NCBI GenBank assembly: GCA_044236265.1
Contig: JBIIGV010000004.1
Location: 1 to 56,845 of the forward strand
DNA: 56,845 nucleotides
From: Oligoflexales bacterium
GTDB taxonomy: Bacteria > Bdellovibrionota_B > Oligoflexia > Oligoflexales > RGVZ01
Reading direction: 5' to 3'
Both the position numbers and the translations under genes were made by a program. Below the pieces are notes generated by a model that worked only from the letters and a program-made list of their open reading frames with translations, was not told where the DNA came from and searched no databases. This document shows positions 8,336 through 17,798 of the stretch, one piece after another (the first letter of the stretch is position 1; each line of letters opens with the position of its first letter).

Positions 8336-10237
8336 TCAGGACTTACTTGCAGGTATCTCGGTCAGCATCTGTTGAATTTCGGCCTGAAGTGTTTGATAGG
8401 TCGGCTGATCTGGGGCCATTTTGATCATGACATCGATTTGACGCCACTGAGGCTTGGGAATACCCTTCATGGCGCGGCCGCGCGCCCGCGAGAAAAAACT
8501 ACCCCACAGACCATTCAATGCCATCATATAGACAGGCACTGGATCCGTAGCAAGAATCTTGTCAATTCCCGGCTTGAATGGAAGAAGATTTCCATCTCGG
8601 GTGATTCCCCCTTCCGGAAAAATACAAATGATGTGCCCGTCGCGCAAAGACTGGGAGATCAATTCAAATGCCTTCTCTTTTAGGCTTGGGTCTTCCTTAG
8701 CAGGCGCGATGGGTATGGCTTTAGATGCTTCGGCAAAAATCTTGATTCCAGGCGCTTTAAAAAAATGATGGTCCATGACAAAACGGACCGGACGTCGACA
8801 AGCAGCCGTGACGATAAACCAATCTATGAACGACACGTGATTGGCAACAATGACAGCCGCGCCATCCTTTGGCAAAAGCTCTCGACCCCGATAACGGAGG
8901 CGGTAAATCGTACTAGCCATAAGCCATATGACAAACCGCATGAGAAACTCGGGAATCAGTGCAATGATCCATGAACAGACCACGAGGTTCATAATCGCCG
9001 TGACCAGAAGGATTTCCCCAGTGCTCAGTCCAGCTTTATAAAAACCCATGGTCGCCACTGCTGATGCCACCATGAAAATCGCGTTAAAGACGTTGTTTGC
9101 TGCGACCAGTCGCGACCGGGTTTTCTCTTCTGAGCGAAACTGCATGTACGCATAGAGCGGTACGATAAAAAAACTTCCCATGATTCCGATCAACGATAGA
9201 TCCCGCATAACGCGCCATGGGATCTGAATATTGTTGACACCAATCGACGGGAAATCAACGAGAGCCATAGAATCGACACTCAGGTCTACAAAGTAAAGGT
9301 CAGCACAGAAGATCGTCAACCCCAGCGCACCGATTGGTACCAACCCAAGCTCTATTTCACCTCGAGACAGTCGTTCAGAAAGTATCGATCCCACACCAAC
9401 ACTCACCGAAAAAACGGCCAATAGAACTGTTGTCGTCATTGGGTCGCTACTCTTGAGGAAATGCTGGCTGTACGACGGGATTAAAGCCAATATTGTGGCA
9501 CCAAAATACCAAAACCAGGAAATACCCATCACGGCATTCAAGATACCTTCGCGCTGTCGAGAAACGGCTACCAGTTCCTTCATGTCCCGCAGAAAGTTAA
9601 ACGAGATCTCAATACTTGGATCTGCTGCTTTAGCCTTTGGGATCATTAACGACAACAGCCACCCGCCCACTGCGAAAACCATCACATAAATCGAAATAGC
9701 ACCCAAGCTACCTTTTGCGCCCAGCACACCGCCCAACAAAGTCCCTGCAAGAATTGACAGGAAGGTACCCATCTCAACAAGAGCGTTACCAGCCATGAGT
9801 TCTTCATCGCGCAATGTTTGGGGAAGAATCGAGTATTTGACGGGCCCGAAAAACGTGGCTTGAGTTCCCAGCAGGAATAGTGTCGCAAAAAGAACTGCAT
9901 TCGAATTCAAATAAAGACCGATGCAACCCAAAACCATGATGACGATTTCGAGGATTTTAGTTGCACGAATAATCGAGTCTTTGTCGTATTTATCCGAAAG
10001 TCGGCCAGCAATGGGCGAGAAAAGGAAAAAAGGCAGAATGAATAAACCACCTGCGAGATTGACCAAAACTCCGCCTTCGGCCTCGGAGGCCGCCTTATAA
10101 GACAGGAGAATGACCATCGCGTTTTTGAATAAATTATCGTTCAGAGCCCCGGCGCATTGAGTCAAAAAATATGGCAGAAATCGACGTTCAGTCAGAAGTT
10201 TTACAATGGACACGGGTGATCTCCGGTTTTTCCCCAC
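8336..10237 (-). CDS. MFS (LplT-like) transporter fused to a PlsC-type acyltransferase
   Basis: GALNDNLFK, FFGPVKYSILP, multiple TM helices, then NHVSFID and IFPEG acyltransferase motifs. Confidence 0.9.
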   Translation of the reverse strand: MGKNRRSPVSIVKLLTERRFLPYFLTQCAGALNDNLFKNAMVILLSYKAASEAEGGVLVNLAGGLFILPFFLFSPIAGRLSDKYDKDSIIRATKILEIVIMVLGCIGLYLNSNAVLFATLFLLGTQATFFGPVKYSILPQTLRDEELMAGNALVEMGTFLSILAGTLLGGVLGAKGSLGAISIYVMVFAVGGWLLSLMIPKAKAADPSIEISFNFLRDMKELVAVSRQREGILNAVMGISWFWYFGATILALIPSYSQHFLKSSDPMTTTVLLAVFSVSVGVGSILSERLSRGEIELGLVPIGALGLTIFCADLYFVDLSVDSMALVDFPSIGVNNIQIPWRVMRDLSLIGIMGSFFIVPLYAYMQFRSEEKTRSRLVAANNVFNAIFMVASAVATMGFYKAGLSTGEILLVTAIMNLVVCSWIIALIPEFLMRFVIWLMASTIYRLRYRGRELLPKDGAAVIVANHVSFIDWFIVTAACRRPVRFVMDHHFFKAPGIKIFAEASKAIPIAPAKEDPSLKEKAFELISQSLRDGHIICIFPEGGITRDGNLLPFKPGIDKILATDPVPVYMMALNGLWGSFFSRARGRAMKGIPKPQWRQIDVMIKMAPDQPTYQTLQAEIQQMLTEIPASKS

Positions 10238-10396
10238 ACTGGCAGAAAAATCATCAGTAATTCAGGGAAGATGAAATTAAACATACCCTCTAGTTTAGCT
10301 TACAACGATACCAAACATCAAATGAGGACGATCCTTCGCCGATCGAGATAAATATCACAAACGCTGGTCCAGCCACTTCCTTCAGACAATTGCCAT

Positions 10397-10425
10397 TTGA
10401 CAGACCTGGCACCTTTGTCGACAAT
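10397..10425 (+). promoter_or_regulatory. Putative sigma70 promoter of uraH-puuD
   Basis: TTGACA-N17-GACAAT, about 55 nt upstream of the uraH start. Confidence 0.5.
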
Positions 10426-10479
10426 CCCTAAACAGCGATGTTATTGGGCGAAGCATACGATCATTGCGAGGAGATAAAC

Positions 10480-10830
10480 TTGGGTAGACTCACCACTCAT
10501 GTTCTGGATACGGCATCGGGAAAGCCTGCAAAACAAATGGCTCTCTCGCTATACACAATCGAGGGGAACCAGCGTCACCTAATCAAGGAAACAACGACTA
10601 ACGACGACGGCCGATGCTCACAGCCTCTTTTGGAAGGTTCAGACTTTAAAACCGGCACCTACGAGCTCGTATTTCAAGTCAGCGCCTACTTCTCAAAGTC
10701 GTCGGAAACCTCGAACCCTCCATTTTTGGGTGAAGTACCGATCAGATTTTCAATCGCCGATGCGTCGGCTCATTATCATGTGCCGCTTTTGGTCTCCCCT
10801 TGGTCCTACTCCACCTACCGCGGAAGCTGA
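10480..10830 (+). CDS. uraH: 5-hydroxyisourate hydrolase (transthyretin-like)
   Basis: [39 protein letters not shown] signature; TTG start after SD GAGGAG. Confidence 0.95.
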   Translation: MGRLTTHVLDTASGKPAKQMALSLYTIEGNQRHLIKETTTNDDGRCSQPLLEGSDFKTGTYELVFQVSAYFSKSSETSNPPFLGEVPIRFSIADASAHYHVPLLVSPWSYSTYRGS

Positions 10831-10836
10831 GGCAAG

Positions 10837-12021
10837 ATGACAGGCTACATCATAGACTGGTTACAAATACTTCTTCGTTTTTTTCACGTCATAACCGGGA
10901 TTGCGTGGATCGGTGCATCGTTTTACTTTGTCTGGCTCGACAACCACCTGCGAAAGCCAGAATCACCAGAATTGAAAGCCAAGGGCGTGGACGGCGAATT
11001 GTGGGCTGTCCATGGGGGTGGATTTTACAATCCCCAGAAATATCTCGTAGCGCCGAATGAACTACCAGCTGACTTACATTGGTTTTACTGGGAGTCCTAC
11101 TCCACCTGGTTAACTGGTATCGCACTATTTGTGGTCTCATATCTTGTGAATGCCAAAACAATGCTGATCGACATGCGCGTCATGGCATTATCTGAGCCTA
11201 CAGCCATTGCACTCGCTATCAGTTTCCTTGTCATTGGTTGGGTTATCTACGACTTAGTTTGTCGATGGTTTCAAAACAGGGACACGATTGTAGGCTGTAT
11301 CGTAGCGGTGATGATGATTGTCATCTCGTATTCCACTTGCCAAATCTTTTCTGCAAGAGCCGCATTTCTCCTGACCGGAGCCGTGATGGCGACAGCCATG
11401 ACCGCCAACGTGTTTTTTTGGATTATTCCGGGTCAACGCGCGGTGATCAAATCCATGCAAGCAGGTGAGCCTGTAGACCCTAAACATGGTCAGCGAGGTA
11501 AACAGCGTAGCGTTCACAATACTTACTTCACACTTCCCGTTCTTTTCGCGATGCTGTCCAATCACTTTCACATGCTTTATAGCCACCAATATCAATGGGT
11601 CCTGCTGGTTTTGATGATGCTCGCCTCAGCTTTAATCCGGCACTATTTTGTATTGCGCCACAAGGGTCTAAACTCCCTCGGTACGCTAGCGTTTGCGGGT
11701 GGGCTAATTGCGGTCGTTATGGTTTGGGCTGCCCCCTCTGCGCCGGTGGTCGCCGAAAATACGCCAACTGCCGCGAGCCTTGCTGAGGTTACAAGCATCA
11801 TTAATCAGAGGTGTGTGCCCTGTCATAGCGACCAACCAACACTCATGCCCATTACGCCCAAAAATCTTAACCTTAGGGCTCCGGGCGCCATAGAAGCAAA
11901 TGCAAGTGCCATTTACCTCCAGGTTGTGCAGCAAAAAATTATGCCCGTAGGCAATATTACTGAGATGACTGACGAGGAACGGGGCAAGATCGCATCATGG
12001 TTTGAGACACTACAAAATTGA
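10837..12021 (+). CDS. puuD: Membrane urate hydroxylase with C-terminal cytochrome c
   Basis: HVITGIAWIGASFYFVWLD, WAVHGGGFY, WESYSTW, NVFFWIIPGQ, RSVHNTYFTLPVLFAMLSNH and C-terminal CVPCH; 6 nt after uraH. Confidence 0.93.
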   Translation: MTGYIIDWLQILLRFFHVITGIAWIGASFYFVWLDNHLRKPESPELKAKGVDGELWAVHGGGFYNPQKYLVAPNELPADLHWFYWESYSTWLTGIALFVVSYLVNAKTMLIDMRVMALSEPTAIALAISFLVIGWVIYDLVCRWFQNRDTIVGCIVAVMMIVISYSTCQIFSARAAFLLTGAVMATAMTANVFFWIIPGQRAVIKSMQAGEPVDPKHGQRGKQRSVHNTYFTLPVLFAMLSNHFHMLYSHQYQWVLLVLMMLASALIRHYFVLRHKGLNSLGTLAFAGGLIAVVMVWAAPSAPVVAENTPTAASLAEVTSIINQRCVPCHSDQPTLMPITPKNLNLRAPGAIEANASAIYLQVVQQKIMPVGNITEMTDEERGKIASWFETLQN

Positions 12022-12030
12022 TCCAGCCCA

Positions 12031-12864
12031 TTAGCCTCGTCGCTCTAGCTCCCCAATGACGAGCAACAGGTCCCCGGGTGTCTGCTGAATCTTCAAAAGT
12101 TTTTTATACTCGATTGCAAGCTTCGCGCGGATACTGCGATCAAGCATCGTACCGATTGGGAAGATTATTTGCTCCTCCTTCCAGTCGGTCTCTTGTGCGA
12201 GAAATTTGTCAAGCAACCGGGGTTCTTCAACTCCTGCAAATGGATCATACCCAGAGTCACTCAGGATTTTTACACTCAAACGATCAGCCTCTTTTTCCTG
12301 CTCCCATCGGGCGCGATTGACTGCTTCATCCCTAAACGGCAGCGTCAGAGATCTTGTCTGCTCGTTACTTTCGTCATGAGACCTTGTGTAGCGAATGATT
12401 TCGCGAGCAAGAAGCGACGCCACATGATCCTCTGTTTTTAATCCGCGAATGACTTGTGGATAGAACCATACGATGCCAAATTTGGTTTCAGGAAGCTTGA
12501 CTGCATTATCTGAACAAACGACACGAAGTGTAAGCGCAGGACTCTGCCGAGTGGCTTTTTGCAATGACGCACCGTCAATCAGCCTGTTGAAGATCCGTTG
12601 TAAAAGATTAGATGTTTTTGGACAATCGCCTCCAGACTCCTTGGATAACAGATCTTGCTGCTGCCGATAATTTTCAATTACTTTTTCACGAACATCGCTG
12701 GGAAAGATTGACTTAGGTACGACAAGCTCACTGGCAACAACGCTAGTTTCATCGGAAGTTTCATCGCGAAGATGGGAGGATGCTGCATGCTTTCCCGGGA
12801 CTTTACAGCTCACCAAACTCCCTAGAACCACAATCGTTATCACTGCATGACAAGCTATCTGCAT
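12031..12864 (-). CDS. M48 peptidase-like lipoprotein with degenerate zinc motif
   Basis: Lipobox LVSC, EDHVASLLAREIIR at the HExxH position, and EKEADR....SGYDP. Confidence 0.65.
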   Translation of the reverse strand: MQIACHAVITIVVLGSLVSCKVPGKHAASSHLRDETSDETSVVASELVVPKSIFPSDVREKVIENYRQQQDLLSKESGGDCPKTSNLLQRIFNRLIDGASLQKATRQSPALTLRVVCSDNAVKLPETKFGIVWFYPQVIRGLKTEDHVASLLAREIIRYTRSHDESNEQTRSLTLPFRDEAVNRARWEQEKEADRLSVKILSDSGYDPFAGVEEPRLLDKFLAQETDWKEEQIIFPIGTMLDRSIRAKLAIEYKKLLKIQQTPGDLLLVIGELERRG

Positions 12865-13064
12865 TTAACCACCCTCGTTTTGTAGATCCTTAATTCTAGC
12901 ACAATAGAGCGACCAATAAGGCTAACGGGTAACAGGCCTCGGCGCCTTGCCCCACAACCCCCGGGCCATAATATCGATCTCCGAGGGGTGTCAGACATTG
13001 ATCAGTCCGTCTTATGGACTACAGGTGGCTTGCTCTAAGTACCCGTTTTCTCGATATTTTTTAT

Positions 13065-13080
13065 TGGCTCAGATATTGCT
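13065..13080 (+). promoter_or_regulatory. Sigma54 -24/-12 promoter
   Basis: TGGCTC-AGATA-TTGCT (GG-N10-GC), about 55 nt upstream of ATG 13135. Confidence 0.65.
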
Positions 13081-13134
13081 TTGAATCTGTGAACCCTCAG
13101 CCCATCAAGGGCTTAGGGTATATGAGGCAGATCA

Positions 13135-14847
13135 ATGATTCGCTCGTCTAACAAGAGATTTATATGCATCGTTGCTAGCTTAGTTACAGCTACGACACTC
13201 GTCTCTTGCGCCAATCGTGACAACGCCGATGAAACACCGCAGCAAACAGCTGCCCCGAGTATTTCAGAAATTGCGCCAATTCCATTTGCAACCTGGAATG
13301 GCGAGGGCATCGAAACAATAAATCCCATCTCGATGAAGGCTACACCAGATGCCGATACGATGATGAGTTTGTCGGCCTGCGAGTGCGCTCCAGGATTGAA
13401 TTCAAAGTTTTTTGCAATAAGCGCTTTAACGAGAGGCGTTCTCCCCCAGGTACTTGTTCCAACTGTTCGTCAAAAAATTGCAACCAATAGCACTCTTGAG
13501 TTATTACGTCGTTTGCCACCCGGTCTCGCCAGCCTGATGACGGGACTATTTGCTGATGACGATGCTATTTACACTCAAGTGCGAGATGGACTTCAGGCCA
13601 TGCTTGCCAAGTCGCTGGCAAGCACAGGCGGCACAAGCCTCCATCTTCGCATGCCTTACAGATTTGATCTATTTACATCTTCGGTGATTTCGCCGGCTGG
13701 TTACCCAGTGGCATTTGATGTGAAAAACCAGGCCGCACGTTGGAACCTGGTTATGGCCACAAACGCAATGTGGAAGAATGCCATTCCCGTTGATGGTGTC
13801 GATCATGGCCTGCAGTTACTGGAGACAACCCGGGTGGTTGCAGAGTGGGCTTACATGGCCGGAATTGGCAGTGACGGGGCCCCAGATGGATACGGTGGTC
13901 TTGCTGCGAGTATCGAGCAGCCAGCAGGAAATATGGCACAACCTGAAAATCCTGAAACGACATCTGACACATGGGGTATCTATACATCTGGAAGGTATAG
14001 CGTCGGATACCCAAATGCTTCCTCTCTCGACCTGGCAACCCGCGTAAAAGAGATGTGGACCGTTGAAGTAGACGGAGTCAGTCTTGAGGAGCAGGCGACC
14101 GCGTCGCGTGCAGCCGCTCTTGCCTTTGCAAAAATGCGCGCAGATCGCTTGGGCGAAGCCGAGAGATTATTCTCAAATCCAGACGGAGCGCTTTCGCCTA
14201 GTATGGCAAAACTACCTCTCGTCTGGCTACCCGCCATGGCGACCATGCTGAGTCAAAAGTATCTGGACAAGGAAACTTTGACCATCCAGGAATATGCTTT
14301 CCCAAAGGAAGGCCAACAACGCAAAGCGAGCCTACGCTCACTCCTTAGAGCTGCCCAAGCCCTCCAGGAATGGCGCCTGGCTACGACTGAAATCGAAGGA
14401 GCTAATCTGTCCGAGTCACTAAACAAACGCCTGGCTCCTTTAAACCAAGATCTCATCATGCCGCTACAGTTGATAACCCGCACCATACTGAATCGTTTCA
14501 CTGCAATAAATACGACTAACGGTGAAATCTGGGTCATGCCGACAAAGGATGACGGCACGGTGGAAACTGACCCAATGATCATCGCAGAACTTATCTCAAC
14601 ACTTGCAACCCTGGATCAGGCGCTATTTATCTCCCCAGAGTTGAAAGCTCGAGTGACATCAATGTATCACTGGTACGTAAAGTACGTGCTGATGCCCAAG
14701 ATGACCGGCTTTGATTATTTAACGGCACCTCAGGTCTTATGGAACGTGAAGGCCGCAGATGTCATGGGCAACTATCAAAACGCAGCACCATGGATTTCCT
14801 CACTTGAAACGCGCCTAAGATCGGTTGCCGTGGGGATACAGCTATGA
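13135..14847 (+). CDS. Large hypothetical lipoprotein
   Basis: Lipobox LVSC; 570 aa; no family recognised; ATGA overlap with the next gene. Confidence 0.7.
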   Translation: MIRSSNKRFICIVASLVTATTLVSCANRDNADETPQQTAAPSISEIAPIPFATWNGEGIETINPISMKATPDADTMMSLSACECAPGLNSKFFAISALTRGVLPQVLVPTVRQKIATNSTLELLRRLPPGLASLMTGLFADDDAIYTQVRDGLQAMLAKSLASTGGTSLHLRMPYRFDLFTSSVISPAGYPVAFDVKNQAARWNLVMATNAMWKNAIPVDGVDHGLQLLETTRVVAEWAYMAGIGSDGAPDGYGGLAASIEQPAGNMAQPENPETTSDTWGIYTSGRYSVGYPNASSLDLATRVKEMWTVEVDGVSLEEQATASRAAALAFAKMRADRLGEAERLFSNPDGALSPSMAKLPLVWLPAMATMLSQKYLDKETLTIQEYAFPKEGQQRKASLRSLLRAAQALQEWRLATTEIEGANLSESLNKRLAPLNQDLIMPLQLITRTILNRFTAINTTNGEIWVMPTKDDGTVETDPMIIAELISTLATLDQALFISPELKARVTSMYHWYVKYVLMPKMTGFDYLTAPQVLWNVKAADVMGNYQNAAPWISSLETRLRSVAVGIQL

Positions 14848-16220
14848 AAACATCTTATCGATTTACAAAATGTATCCTGCTGATGTCCGCATTTTCCTGG
14901 GCATCCATGAGCTTCTCGCAAATTCTTCCAGAGGGCACAGGTGCTGTTGCATTTGGGCAAAGACAATATAGCCCAACAAGCACCCAATATGATCAAGGCG
15001 GTCAGCTTCGCTCTCTTGGAAATCGTATTGACATGGACTTTGATTCACGACAAATGGCTTCTGGCGCCCTTGGTGAAGACCTTAAGCGTCTTTACGACGA
15101 AACGAAACTATATGACTCTGCAAATACCGGCAAAGCAAGCCTTGCGGATCAATTAAATTTTGGAAATCTACGCGGGGACATTCAAGCAAAAATTAATGCT
15201 AATTATCTTGGCGCTGCCTACGGACTCCGTAAAAATCTGACGATTTTCACCGGGCTTCCGTTCATTCGCTCGACCGTTACTGCGAATTTGACCATGGAGG
15301 GACAAAATACCGCCAATGCCGTCAAGGCAAGACTTGGGAACTTGGCCTTTAAAGATATTCAGGACGGATTAGATACGGCTAGCGGCATCAACATCTGGAC
15401 AGTGAAGAAAAAAATCAGTGAAGACTACGGCTACATTCCAGCAGACAAATGGGAATATGCCGGAATCGGAGACTTCCTTCTAGGAGCCCGTTCAAGCATG
15501 TACGATGCCGAGGGCTTTGGTGGAAAATATAACTTACAACTAAGCGGCCAGGTTGAGTTCCCGACCGGTCACGCAGATAACCCGGATATACTAACAGACG
15601 CAGCTTTAGGAAAGGGCTATGTAGCCCCCATGGTAAGCGCACAGCAGACCGCATCCTACGGCTATTTAGAAGTAGGTCTGGATACAGGTCTTGGTATTGG
15701 TATCCCAACCCAGACCACACGTCGTGTACCAGTGGATAACGAAGCACTGATCACCTTAGATAGGAAAACAAAAGTAAATTGGATACCAGGCCCGGAAACA
15801 AAAGTAGTCAGCTCTTTAAGCTTTGGTCCGTCTTTGGTCAAGGGTTCGTACCGCCTGGGCGTCAACCAACACTTCCGCGATCGCTATTCAGGAAAACTTC
15901 GTGGAAACTACAGCACTCTCGAGAAAGACTCCGAAACTCAGGAACAGTTCCATCAGTTTGGGATTACTATCAATACGGTAGATGCATATCTGTCTAACAA
16001 ATTTGCTCTACCAATGATCGCAAGCTTAACAGCTCATGAAAGCCTCGGTGGACGAAACACCGTCCGATCCCGCTATATTGAACTTTCTATTGCGACATTC
16101 TTTAAGGGACATACTCCCCGGGCGGAACTAGCCGACGAAAGTCCACGAGTTGAGCCTCAAATGACAAAAACCGTTTCCCAAACCGACGCGATCCCCGCTA
16201 TAACTGAAGACGGTGAGTAA
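14844..16220 (+). CDS. Secreted protein, probable outer-membrane beta-barrel
   Basis: Signal peptide, amphipathic strands (YLGAAYGL, GIGDFLLGAR, VEFPTG, YIELSIATFF) and a low-complexity C-terminal tail. Confidence 0.6.
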   Translation: MKTSYRFTKCILLMSAFSWASMSFSQILPEGTGAVAFGQRQYSPTSTQYDQGGQLRSLGNRIDMDFDSRQMASGALGEDLKRLYDETKLYDSANTGKASLADQLNFGNLRGDIQAKINANYLGAAYGLRKNLTIFTGLPFIRSTVTANLTMEGQNTANAVKARLGNLAFKDIQDGLDTASGINIWTVKKKISEDYGYIPADKWEYAGIGDFLLGARSSMYDAEGFGGKYNLQLSGQVEFPTGHADNPDILTDAALGKGYVAPMVSAQQTASYGYLEVGLDTGLGIGIPTQTTRRVPVDNEALITLDRKTKVNWIPGPETKVVSSLSFGPSLVKGSYRLGVNQHFRDRYSGKLRGNYSTLEKDSETQEQFHQFGITINTVDAYLSNKFALPMIASLTAHESLGGRNTVRSRYIELSIATFFKGHTPRAELADESPRVEPQMTKTVSQTDAIPAITEDGE

Positions 16221-16261
16221 TATCACCAAAACCTGTTTTAGTACGGAACTCGTGGCGGGTC

Positions 16262-17770
16262 ATGGAAAACGGTCATCAACCTAGAACAAATAAATCTATC
16301 ACCGAGAGTCATCATGAGGACTTGGGATTCCGCTTTGAGCATAGTTACTCAGAGCTACCGAGCCTGTTCTTTTCAAAGGCTGAGACGGAACTATTCCCAG
16401 CACCACGCCTGACAATCTTCAATGAAGCTTTGGCAAAAGATTTAAATCTAGATTTTTCTCAGCTGTCTCCAGATGAGATCGCCAAGATATTTACCGGCCA
16501 GAGTTTACCTGTCGGAGCCAAACCCCTTGCCCAGGCTTACGCCGGACATCAGTACGGCGGCTTTACGATATTAGGGGACGGACGTGCGCTACTACTCGGC
16601 GAGCATCGAACAAAAAATGGAGAACTCTTTGACATCCAATTCAAAGGCTCTGGGATAACTCCGTATTCGAGACGTGGTGATGGTCGAGCAGCTTTGGGTC
16701 CGATGCTTCGCGAATATATTATCAGTGAAGCCATGTGGCATTTGAATATACCGACCACAAGGAGTTTAGCGGTCGCGACGACAGGTGAGAACGTTTATCG
16801 TGAAAGACCTCTACCCGGAGCCGTTCTAACCAGAGTCGCCTCAAGTCATATTCGCGTGGGTACGTTTCAATTTGCCGCATATAGACGAGACCATCTTGCA
16901 TTGCAAAAATTAGCAGACTATACGATTTCAAGGCACTACCCCGAAATTTCAAATCATGAAGATAAATACTTAGAGCTATTTCGGCAGGTGTCAGAGCGTC
17001 AAGCTGTCTTGATCGCTAAATGGCTTGGAGTAGGATTCATCCACGGTGTTATGAATACCGATAATATGTCAATTGCCGGAGAAACGATCGATTACGGTCC
17101 ATGCGCTTTCATGAACCATTACCATCCAGATACTGTATTTAGTTCAATAGACCATTATGGTCGGTACTGTTTCGCCAATCAGACTGCAATCGCCCAATGG
17201 AATCTTGTTCGTTTTGCAGAAGCACTGTTGCCACTTATCGATAAGCAGCAGGAGAAAGCTGTAGATATTATGACCGCAGAGGTCAATCGTCTTCCCGGGA
17301 TCTTCGAAAAACGGCGACTCGACTTGATGCGAAGCAAGCTTGGACTCAAGTCATCAAAAACTACAGATGAAGATCTTATTAATGATCTTCTAAAAGTCAT
17401 GGAGACCTCTAAACTAGACTACACAAACACTTGGCGCGACCTGCCAACAACTCGGATAGACACCAATCCAAGCTACCAAGTTGCCGAGTTCAAACAATGG
17501 TATCAGCGATGGATCCAGCGCTTGTCACAGGATGGCGAGACTCTTGACTCTGCACGCCTTCGAATGAATCAGGCCAATCCCTATATCATTCCTCGCAACC
17601 ACCGGGTAGAAGAGGCCCTTCTGGCCGCAGACGTCAACGATGACTTGCGTCCCCTAAGGCGCTTAGTCACGGCACTCTCAGAGCCCACTAACGAAAATCA
17701 AGATTTTAACGATTTGAGAGAGCCTCCACCAGACGACCAAGCCTGCTACAAAACATTTTGTGGGACTTAG
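16262..17770 (+). CDS. selO: Protein adenylyltransferase SelO (YdiU)
   Basis: AQAYAGHQYG, LGDGRA, KGSGITPYSRRGDGRA, GFIHGVMNTDNMSI, IDYGP, IPRNH and C-terminal TFCGT. Confidence 0.95.
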   Translation: MENGHQPRTNKSITESHHEDLGFRFEHSYSELPSLFFSKAETELFPAPRLTIFNEALAKDLNLDFSQLSPDEIAKIFTGQSLPVGAKPLAQAYAGHQYGGFTILGDGRALLLGEHRTKNGELFDIQFKGSGITPYSRRGDGRAALGPMLREYIISEAMWHLNIPTTRSLAVATTGENVYRERPLPGAVLTRVASSHIRVGTFQFAAYRRDHLALQKLADYTISRHYPEISNHEDKYLELFRQVSERQAVLIAKWLGVGFIHGVMNTDNMSIAGETIDYGPCAFMNHYHPDTVFSSIDHYGRYCFANQTAIAQWNLVRFAEALLPLIDKQQEKAVDIMTAEVNRLPGIFEKRRLDLMRSKLGLKSSKTTDEDLINDLLKVMETSKLDYTNTWRDLPTTRIDTNPSYQVAEFKQWYQRWIQRLSQDGETLDSARLRMNQANPYIIPRNHRVEEALLAADVNDDLRPLRRLVTALSEPTNENQDFNDLREPPPDDQACYKTFCGT

Positions 17771-17798
17771 AAGACGAAAATTATTTTATATTCCGAAC

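Noticed and set aside
8333..8340. Abutting convergent stops with TAATCAGG, also at 31474-31481
   Set aside because: Largely forced by back-to-back TAA/TGA stop codons; no evidence of function.
10407..10422. TGGCAC upstream of uraH as a sigma54 promoter
   Set aside because: There is no GC at the -12 position, and a sigma70 pattern fits better.
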